Positions 56,553 through 64,000 of a stretch of 64,000 bases of DNA are shown piece after piece; position 1 is the first letter of the stretch, and each line of letters opens with the position of its first letter. Source of the stretch: a virus (Duplodnaviria > Caudoviricetes). Where the stretch lies: positions 148,289 to 212,288 of IMG/VR virus record IMGVR_UViG_3300031466_000001, one strand, 5' to 3'. Position numbers and translations under genes: made by a program. Under the pieces are notes generated by a model. That model made no database searches. It saw only the letters and a list, made by a program, of their open reading frames with translations, and had not been told where the DNA came from.

Positions 56553-57026
56553 TTATGGGTCAAATACTCCAAGGGCAGGTTCTATAATTTTATCCATTTT
56601 GAAAAATCTATCGTTAACCATTTGGTATTCGAATATGTTACATTCCATAGATTTTTCACTATATTCTTTTTGATGCATGACGACTATCTCAATGAAATCC
56701 ATCAAAATAGTCATCTCATTTTTATCTAATTTAATGATAGGCAGTATCTCATTGATCAACTTGAGAATCAAGCTTTCCAAATTACTTATATTATCGACTA
56801 GATTTTCTATGATGTATTCATTTTCATCGGAGAATACAACATAACCATTCATCAATTCAGCAGAATAACCTTTTTTAATTAGCTCTTTGATTATTTTCGG
56901 ATCGTCAACTGATTCTATTCTATATCCCGCCATGTCTCTCTGTGTTTTAAATAACTTATGTTCATCCTTTGAAAGTATGGCACGTATAATGCCATCGTTA
57001 TTTAATACAACATAATGCTCTTTCAT
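56553..57026 (-). CDS. hypothetical protein, paralog family X (3/4)
   Basis: FKTQRDMAGYRIESV...GYVVFSDENEY...ILPIIKLD. Confidence 0.7.
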   Translation of the reverse strand: MKEHYVVLNNDGIIRAILSKDEHKLFKTQRDMAGYRIESVDDPKIIKELIKKGYSAELMNGYVVFSDENEYIIENLVDNISNLESLILKLINEILPIIKLDKNEMTILMDFIEIVVMHQKEYSEKSMECNIFEYQMVNDRFFKMDKIIEPALGVFDP

Positions 57027-57265
57027 TCATCGTCACCACTATTATTGAGAAGTTTTCCTAAACGTATCACTTCTTTTACTTCTTCTTTACTTTTAGCTTT
57101 ACGAAGTGCTTTAGCTTTCTTTTTCAAAATCTTTATAGCTTTCTCAGCAAGTTCTTGTTTCTCAGGTGATAATCTAAGATAGCCGACATAGTTTTCAAGT
57201 TCATCAGACACAAAGGTTAAATTTTTAGAAAATTTATCGACAGTTTCACGCACTTCTTTTTTCAT
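57023..57265 (-). CDS. small basic helical protein
   Basis: GGAGGT RBS; near-match early motif at 57296. Confidence 0.65.
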   Translation of the reverse strand: MKKEVRETVDKFSKNLTFVSDELENYVGYLRLSPEKQELAEKAIKILKKKAKALRKAKSKEEVKEVIRLGKLLNNSGDDE

Positions 57266-57346
57266 TTAAATTACCTCCTCAAATTGTCTTTATTAATGAT
57301 ATATAAACAATAAAAAATTAAAAAAAGAGAGCTATAAGAACTCTCT

Positions 57347-57892
57347 TTATTCAAGAACTAAAGAAAGTCTTTCAAAATACTTTCTCGTAGAGGAAATCAT
57401 CTTTATAATACGGAGATTCGTGAAGAAATCAAAATCTTCATTAGTTTCAATCTTTTGTTTCTTGTTACCATAGTTGTCGTTGAAATAATTAATGATGTCG
57501 CCTAATGAAACTATTACAGGTAAGAAAAGATCAATCGCCCGTTTTAATTTGAAAACTGTATCTTCAGAAATAAGTAATGTGAGTTCCCTCATATTCAAAT
57601 TTTTGGATAACTCCATAATTAAAGTGGCTACCAAATTCTTAGTATATATTAAATCAATACATTTTCTGAATTTCTTCATTTGACTATTTATTACCGTAAT
57701 TTTTTCATTCAATTTTTCATCGATGGGAAGATTATGTCTTTTCGCGTAAGTATAAAAGGAACCCATAAATATAGGATCTCGTTCATCATCAGAATATTCA
57801 ATTCCGTATGTCAGTATGGTAGATAGAACCATGAGTGTTTCCGTTCTCGGAAATCCAATCATCTTAGAAATCTTGGCTTTACTTTTTTTCAT
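57347..57892 (-). CDS. hypothetical protein (paralog of 57991..58554)
   Basis: P..ET...LSTIL.Y...LLISED....LKRAI.L.LPV..L.DII.Y. Confidence 0.7.
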   Translation of the reverse strand: MKKSKAKISKMIGFPRTETLMVLSTILTYGIEYSDDERDPIFMGSFYTYAKRHNLPIDEKLNEKITVINSQMKKFRKCIDLIYTKNLVATLIMELSKNLNMRELTLLISEDTVFKLKRAIDLFLPVIVSLGDIINYFNDNYGNKKQKIETNEDFDFFTNLRIIKMISSTRKYFERLSLVLE

Positions 57893-57990
57893 TGTACTAC
57901 CTCCAAGTATTTTTATTTCTTAATCAAAGTAATTATATATAAATAAAAAAAATAAGAAAATGCCTTTGTAGACATTTTCTTTTTTATAGT

Positions 57991-58554
57991 TCAAAAGACT
58001 TTTAACATCTTTTTCACAGCATCGTTAGTGGTCGCTATCATTTCCAAAGCATAAAACTGTTTTGAAAATTCTTCGTCTGGTATATGTGTAACTTCTGGTG
58101 TAAATAAGTTTACAACTTTTCTGAATTTACCCTTTATATATTTAACCACATCTTCCAGAGCATCAAGTACTGGGATGAGGAGTGTTATCGATTTCTTTAT
58201 ATATACAGACTCTTCTTCTGTTATAAAAATAATTGATTCTTTTACGTTTTCCATTGCTAAAAGTTGGTTGAATATGTGCTCCATTCGTATATTGGGGAAA
58301 TGTTTATTTATATTTCTATTGAAGCGACGTAAGGCTTTTTGAAGATTTTCATATTTATCACAATATTCTTTCTCTTCGAATAAACCACTTTTTTCAGAGA
58401 ATTTTTTCAATAACCTGAAATTTATTATGTTTTTGAGATCATATCTCTTAGTCACATCATTAGCAAACGCCAATAAAGTAGTCATTGCTACCGTTGTATC
58501 GAGAGGTGGGACTTTAAATTCTTTCAAAGCAATATTATTATTTGTCATATTCAC
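57991..58554 (-). CDS. hypothetical protein (paralog of 57347..57892)
   Basis: P..DT...MTTLL.F...IFITEE...IKKSI.L.IPV..L.DVV.Y. Confidence 0.7.
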   Translation of the reverse strand: MNMTNNNIALKEFKVPPLDTTVAMTTLLAFANDVTKRYDLKNIINFRLLKKFSEKSGLFEEKEYCDKYENLQKALRRFNRNINKHFPNIRMEHIFNQLLAMENVKESIIFITEEESVYIKKSITLLIPVLDALEDVVKYIKGKFRKVVNLFTPEVTHIPDEEFSKQFYALEMIATTNDAVKKMLKVF

Positions 58555-58623
58555 AAGCCTCCCTATTTAATAAAATGAAAAGAAAAAACAATGAGGGATT
58601 TTTTATCCCTCATTGTTTTCACA

Positions 58624-59655
58624 TTAGAATTTAAGATCTTCCAAGACCTTGATGAACTCCTGCTCTTTCTCGTTCAGCGGAAAAGTAGCATATCCGTATG
58701 AGTTTTTGTAGATTGGACGAATTTCACCTTTGACATTTACTACAACAAAGAAACTTTGATTATGATACGTAATTGCTTTTTTCAAAATCGTGCTAGCCAT
58801 TTCCCTAGTGATGTTCGACTCCTCAATATAGTCGTTGAGCTCATGTTGTTGAAGAACACTAAGAGGAGCTCCATCAACGAAAATTACTTCCTCATCAGAC
58901 AATTTCTTACTGTAGAAACAGCGAAGGAAGATGTTCTCCACCCGTTTGTCTACACCATTAACATTGGTAAGACCTTCGGGCGAATTTTTGTTGAGGATAA
59001 GCCTCTTACCTTCATCATTGAAAGAAATAAGCTCACCCTCTTCATTACGGTGAAACAAGCGGTTAGTGACAACCCGTCCCGGATTGAAGCAGTATTTAGG
59101 AGTGGTGAAGTCATCGGTCTTCTTTCTGCTGACAAGAAGTGAATGTCTGACTGCTTCCCGCAATTCACGAAGATTTTCCTTCACACTATGATGTGTGGTT
59201 AATACAAGACGATCAATCAATCTAACGTTGATAGAAATTTCCGTGTTGATACAGAATCTAACATTAGGAGAAACTTCGATAACTTTAAATACATTCACAA
59301 CATGTCGATTAATGTTCGACCTCCGTCCCGAACTAACCTCGGGAAACGTGTGAATAATGTAGTTACCGACTTCGATGAGAACTTTAGCCAAGCAGTTTTC
59401 GGGGAAGTTATCCCTGACGCAGTCGTTGGTAGCAACTGCAAACTGCTTCTGACCTTTTCGGTTAGTCATAATCAAGACATTTTTTCCAGGTTCACAATAT
59501 TCGTAAAAGTACAGCTGTCGGTCGTTTCCATGGAAGCCGTCAGTGATTAAACTGTTAGAGATGTTAAATACATCACCAACTTGAAGTTTGTCTTTCTCGA
59601 TCCCCGGAAATACAAGGGAGTTATTTTCTACTCTATAGAAACGATCGATATTCAT
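58624..59655 (-). CDS. hypothetical protein
   Basis: 343 aa, GAGG RBS, terminator at 58585-58619. Confidence 0.7.
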   Translation of the reverse strand: MNIDRFYRVENNSLVFPGIEKDKLQVGDVFNISNSLITDGFHGNDRQLYFYEYCEPGKNVLIMTNRKGQKQFAVATNDCVRDNFPENCLAKVLIEVGNYIIHTFPEVSSGRRSNINRHVVNVFKVIEVSPNVRFCINTEISINVRLIDRLVLTTHHSVKENLRELREAVRHSLLVSRKKTDDFTTPKYCFNPGRVVTNRLFHRNEEGELISFNDEGKRLILNKNSPEGLTNVNGVDKRVENIFLRCFYSKKLSDEEVIFVDGAPLSVLQQHELNDYIEESNITREMASTILKKAITYHNQSFFVVVNVKGEIRPIYKNSYGYATFPLNEKEQEFIKVLEDLKF

Positions 59656-59684
59656 ATCGCTGTTCCTCTCTTTCTCTTTATTGC

Positions 59685-60410
59685 TTATTTTAGTATTTTT
59701 TGGATTTCCGCGAAAATATCTTCTGAGATGTCTTCTCTAGTTCTCATATTTCCATCGGAATTTACGCAATTTATGGGAACCCATTTACAATATGGAACAA
59801 TTTTTTTGTTGTTTTCATAGACCATTCGTAAATGGGTGTAATTTTCATGGATGTCGTAATTGTCGTTACCGTTATACCTTTGGCTTATATTTTTTAATGC
59901 CACTTCTGGAGTCACGTCCAAATAAAAGACTACAGTTGGTTTTGGCAAACCTAGAGTACTATACTCAAAATCTTCGATCCAATCAACAAGTCTATATTTT
60001 TCTTCAACGTTTTCAATATTCGAGGTTTGGTGGAGGATATTAGACGTGGTATAACGATCACAAATTATGAAAGCCCCATTCATATAGTCTTCATAAAGAG
60101 TTGTTCCACTGGTACGTGTTTTGAAGAGCGTTGATACCCTATCTACTGCATAGAATGTACAGATTTGTTTCAAAAACGTCATTCTATCGATGATTTCTTT
60201 ACTTCTACCGAAATTTCCATTGAGATAGCTTTTAACAAGGGCAGACGACGAGTCGTCGTAGTTAGGAAAGGAGACTAACGTGGAAATGACATTTGATTGT
60301 TGTAATTTACTCTGCAAAAGTTCCGATTGTGTTCTTTTAGATGCTCCGTCCATTCCTTCAATGACAACTAAAATTCCTTGGTTCACATTTCCCATTTTTC
60401 TAACCCCCAA
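59685..60410 (-). CDS. tmk: thymidylate (dTMP/dUMP) kinase
   Basis: IEGMDGASKRTQ P-loop, SFPNY, ICDRY..SN, LPKPT.VFYLDV, DIHE. Confidence 0.9.
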   Translation of the reverse strand: MGVRKMGNVNQGILVVIEGMDGASKRTQSELLQSKLQQSNVISTLVSFPNYDDSSSALVKSYLNGNFGRSKEIIDRMTFLKQICTFYAVDRVSTLFKTRTSGTTLYEDYMNGAFIICDRYTTSNILHQTSNIENVEEKYRLVDWIEDFEYSTLGLPKPTVVFYLDVTPEVALKNISQRYNGNDNYDIHENYTHLRMVYENNKKIVPYCKWVPINCVNSDGNMRTREDISEDIFAEIQKILK

Positions 60411-60815
60411 TAAATAGCATTTATTATTAGTTTATAGAGAAATAACTTAGTAGAGGGGTAGAAAATCCACCCCTCTACCAAGTCATCAATTAATCAAATC
60501 ATTTCAGCGACTTCAGGAATTCATTGAATTTTTCTTTGTTAGAGATGATACATTCAAGTTTGCGTATATCGATCTCCTTCTTTTTCATATCCCATTTTAT
60601 ACCTCCTTTTCATTTTGAATATTTTCCGTTCTCTGTAGGATGAATATATTATTCATCTATATTCAGATTAATAATATATGTTTATTATGATCGACTCTCC
60701 GCAAAATTCGTAAAATGCCTATAATTAGTTCATAGAAAAAAAATAAGCGATGTCTGATTAAAAGACATCGCTTAATCATTGCTTACATGCACCCATTATA
60801 AATTAAGTGCAAGCG

Positions 60816-61205
60816 TTAAAGTAATCTTCCTTCTTCTTGTATCCCTATTTCTTTTATCTCAATTTTATTATTTTCTTTAAGAGTTGAAATAATACCTTGG
60901 GCAATATGACCAACAGTTATTTTCGCCAATTGCCCATCTCTGGTTTTACCCGGTAATGCAAATGAAATTCTAGTGAGATTTTTTACCTCTTTGTTATTAA
61001 TTGCGGGCTCAAAATCGACTTCAACTCCATAGTAGATCGAATTAAACCCCGGTGGAAGACCATTCTCTTCTTCAATACTCGGGGTTTTCATCTCAAGAGT
61101 TGCAGTAACATCTATGATTTGATTATTTTCCGTAATTAAGTAGAGTTTAAAAATACGCTTCCAAGATCCATTGTTATTTACCATAGCTGAGTCCTCCCAA
61201 TTCAT
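60816..61205 (-). CDS. hypothetical protein
   Basis: Overlaps the upstream stop; GGGAGG RBS before MVNN. Confidence 0.6.
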   Translation of the reverse strand: MNWEDSAMVNNNGSWKRIFKLYLITENNQIIDVTATLEMKTPSIEEENGLPPGFNSIYYGVEVDFEPAINNKEVKNLTRISFALPGKTRDGQLAKITVGHIAQGIISTLKENNKIEIKEIGIQEEGRLL

Positions 61206-61717
61206 TCTTCATCGGTATTAATTATGATCTTTAACACTTTAGAAGCTGTGTTCATTGTCTCCTTAAAGAGCTCAGAAATACTTGTTCGCTTTCTAAGGAA
61301 ATTTATAAGCTCGTGAAGCTTTATGCTCTTTTTGAGGTTTTTTACTTCTCTATTAGGGTGTAGTATCGAGTGAGCCTTTAGAAGAACCTTTTTCTCTTTT
61401 TTACCCATTGAGTAATACTTAATATAGTGCTCCAGATCACTCAATGTTGTTAAAATTCTTGCCCTTTCTTCTTCGATTGTGGAACTAACCACGAGCCATT
61501 CAGATTGAGTAAACACCTTATCGAGTTCATCATCATGGATAAGGTATTCGTCCTCATAATTAATAGCAAACTTTTCAGCTTCTTTCCCTTTAACTTTGAA
61601 ATAGGAATATTCATCAAGGGAAAGTTCATTTTGCAAAATATAATTAATGACAGATTCCTCGTCCTCAGATATTGCTATTACTTTAACATCATCCTTTACT
61701 AAAACCCATAACTTCAT
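61202..61717 (-). CDS. hypothetical protein, paralog family X (4/4)
   Basis: LWVLV...IAI...Y.Y.KV...KY..MGKKEKKVL resembles 55610 (KYIKFGKKERKIL). Confidence 0.6.
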   Translation of the reverse strand: MKLWVLVKDDVKVIAISEDEESVINYILQNELSLDEYSYFKVKGKEAEKFAINYEDEYLIHDDELDKVFTQSEWLVVSSTIEEERARILTTLSDLEHYIKYYSMGKKEKKVLLKAHSILHPNREVKNLKKSIKLHELINFLRKRTSISELFKETMNTASKVLKIIINTDEE

Positions 61718-61808
61718 TATATTAACAACTCCTTATTCATCTGCTTAAATATCTGTATACTTAGTTATCAAAAACAAAAAATAAAGGGAATGGTAACAAC
61801 CATTCCCT

Positions 61809-62411
61809 TTATTTATGAACATCGTTTATCTTTATTCCTGAATCTTTACTGGGAGGAAACCACCATTCTCCTTTTTTACATATATCTTTCGCATCAAATA
61901 GATAAACTGGTTGTTTCTGTTTTCTACTATAGCACATAGTATTGTAAGTACCAGACCTTGATTTATTGAAATCCCAAAATGCTAATGTTAGATCACTATT
62001 ATCTACCATATATTGATTTCTTTCTATAAAGAGTTTAGGATTAATTTGTTCATCACTTAATCTTATTACGGTAGTGGCAACTTTGTCTATGATGAATTTA
62101 TATTGCGCTTTTTCCTCTCTGGTAAAAAATCTATCCTGGTTTCTACCTGGAATAACACAATATAGATCAATTTCTCTGTTAGGATTTCTCTCACGATACT
62201 TATGAATAGCTATTCCAAAAAGTAAATCTATTCCTGAACTCATTCCGATATAAACTTTTTTGATCTGAGAATTTTTTTCTAGAAATCTTACCATTACTGC
62301 GATCAATTGTTTGATAACGGTGCTGGAATACACTTTGTCAGTATACCCAGCACCGAATAATTTTTCCGCTCTTAAGCCAGTAATACATAAGGCCAATTCA
62401 TTGTTTACCAT
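61809..62411 (-). CDS. YspA-like SLOG-superfamily protein
   Basis: CITGLR, GMSSGID, VIP...Q, RNQYMVDNSD..LAFWD...SGT.NT..Y. Confidence 0.8.
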   Translation of the reverse strand: MVNNELALCITGLRAEKLFGAGYTDKVYSSTVIKQLIAVMVRFLEKNSQIKKVYIGMSSGIDLLFGIAIHKYRERNPNREIDLYCVIPGRNQDRFFTREEKAQYKFIIDKVATTVIRLSDEQINPKLFIERNQYMVDNSDLTLAFWDFNKSRSGTYNTMCYSRKQKQPVYLFDAKDICKKGEWWFPPSKDSGIKINDVHK

Positions 62412-62425
62412 GGGTATTCATCCAT

Positions 62426-63145
62426 TCAATTCAAGTTATTTCCTTTTTTATTATCTTTTTTAAAGATGAGTATGTTAAGATCCTTTCCCATCAGTGGAAT
62501 ATCTTTCATAAAATCCTGATGAAATAGAAAGGGATTCTTCTTTTCATTGAAAAAGAAAGAGGATATATCAGCCTGTTCTTTTTCACCTTCATTTCCTGAT
62601 TCATTTCCATCTTCACTGATAAGACGAATCCATTTAATTTTATCCCTAGAAACAATTCTTTCACGTACTTCGAGCACTTTATTTATCAGATTCATAATTA
62701 CCTTTTTACTCATTTCAGCATCGCTATTAGCAGATACTTGGATATCAATATTTCTGAGTTCGTCGAAAAGATCATATAATGTACACAATACGGTTGCAAG
62801 TTCCTGAATTTGCGAGCGATAAATTTTAAGAATATTTTCCCGTACTTCTTGAAGAAGTTCATCGGCCGCTTCTTTGATATAATCACTTTCAGGTTTATTT
62901 AATTTTTCGTACCTGATACCAGTGAGAAGTTCACTCACCATGGACAGATTTCCTACGGCGAATCCATAGTTAAATGCCTCTACTGGATGCATTTCAGAAA
63001 CATCTACGTTACCATGTTCGATTTCTTGGTTACTAATTTCATTAAAGAGTTCGGTTTTTAATTTAATAAGGTTGGCTCGGAGTTCATTATGAGAAAAATG
63101 ATTAATAATATCACGTGCATTTTCAATATACTTATTTCTATTCAT
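62426..63145 (-). CDS. hypothetical protein
   Basis: 239-aa helical ORF, AAGGGAG RBS. Confidence 0.65.
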   Translation of the reverse strand: MNRNKYIENARDIINHFSHNELRANLIKLKTELFNEISNQEIEHGNVDVSEMHPVEAFNYGFAVGNLSMVSELLTGIRYEKLNKPESDYIKEAADELLQEVRENILKIYRSQIQELATVLCTLYDLFDELRNIDIQVSANSDAEMSKKVIMNLINKVLEVRERIVSRDKIKWIRLISEDGNESGNEGEKEQADISSFFFNEKKNPFLFHQDFMKDIPLMGKDLNILIFKKDNKKGNNLN

Positions 63146-63148
63146 GGT

Positions 63149-63382
63149 TTATTTCTCCCTTTCATCCAAATTAATCTTTTTAGATTCCACATGATAGATA
63201 TAGAAACTGGTGCCTATAACGATAAGTGAACCCAAAATAATGATCACGAAATTAACAATGATAGCATAAGGGTCTATTGTAGCAAATGCTTCAAAAATAT
63301 TTCTACTCCCATTAAAAACAAGAAGTGCTCCTAAAAGATACCACATCAGAACCATAGTAGTATTATTTTTATTCATGTTCAT
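63149..63382 (-). CDS. 2-TM membrane protein
   Basis: Two hydrophobic helices; GGAGG RBS. Confidence 0.65.
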   Translation of the reverse strand: MNMNKNNTTMVLMWYLLGALLVFNGSRNIFEAFATIDPYAIIVNFVIIILGSLIVIGTSFYIYHVESKKINLDEREK

Positions 63383-63560
63383 TATCCTCCATTTATTGAT
63401 TTTTATTAATTTTACTGTAAATTGATAATTAAATAGTAATTATTTCATATAAACCTCCGTCCTTTGTTAATATTTACCTTAATATGATATATAAATTAAA
63501 AAAATAACAGATATCCTTCGGGATATCTGTCTAATTTCAGCAAAAATAAGTGAGTTTGTA

Positions 63561-63923
63561 TTATTTTATACGAAATGGAAGATCGACTATAATATTTATC
63601 AAAAGTGCGCGCAAATCTTCTAAGTCTTCAGACTCTAAATTTTCTCGGAGAATATAGATTTCATATTCGATTTGAGCCATAAAATCCTCATTTTCAGGAA
63701 TTTCGATTTTACTTATATCCAGTATAGTTTTACGTCCTTTTCTTTCGAACCAGTCGATGAATAGATTTAGATCATCATTATTTTTTCTCTTAGCCTTATC
63801 AATAATTTCATCCAGATTTAATGAACTTTCGACGTCCAAATATTTGGCCAACGCTTGAGTATAGAGATAAAAAAGTTCATAGATGATTTTTGGTTTATTA
63901 CCAAACAAGATGCTGATATTCAT
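63561..63923 (-). CDS. hypothetical protein
   Basis: 120 aa, AGGGGG RBS. Confidence 0.6.
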   Translation of the reverse strand: MNISILFGNKPKIIYELFYLYTQALAKYLDVESSLNLDEIIDKAKRKNNDDLNLFIDWFERKGRKTILDISKIEIPENEDFMAQIEYEIYILRENLESEDLEDLRALLINIIVDLPFRIK

Positions 63924-64000
63924 TTCAAATCCCCCTATTAAATAAAAATATTAATTTTATTATATTAATATTAATTATTATAATTTATATGAATAATGTA

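Noticed and set aside
4325-62807. Numerous antisense or overlapping ORFs in the track (e.g. 4325..5113, 10074..10838, 32324..32899, 49568..50470)
   Set aside because: Shadows of genuine genes on the opposite strand or frame, lacking RBS and recognisable motifs.

Overview
64 kb of an AT-rich (roughly one-third GC) jumbo bacteriophage genome of the AR9/PBS1/phiKZ type that encodes its own multisubunit RNA polymerases. Two split beta-prime subunits are present: 27861-29276 with a Zn finger and the catalytic NADFDGD, and 36700-37920 with the bridge-helix/trigger-loop region. The SLH-domain amidase endolysin points to an S-layer-bearing Bacillota host. The + strand block 1.4-18.5 kb holds lysis, structural and tail-fibre genes. 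The rest is mostly - strand genes for transcription and nucleotide/phosphate metabolism (PPK1, HD hydrolase, CYTH, DHH, NUDIX, Tmk, RNase H, SLOG, ART-like), AAA+ ATPases, a kinase and many paralog families. Most notable: (1) two tandem genes, each built from 14 near-identical 132-bp beta-propeller repeats that are hypervariable only at fixed loop codons, with a collapsed third paralog between them; (2) a foreign GC-rich tail-fibre cassette between perfect 75-bp direct repeats, trailing a stack of remnants of earlier cassettes, whose excision would restore an alternative in-frame fibre; (3) a ~194-nt, 65% GC rod-shaped ncRNA with its own terminator (6S-like size); (4) two mutually exclusive phage promoter motifs that sort genes into probable early and late classes. 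All calls come from reading the sequence; no database searches were run.
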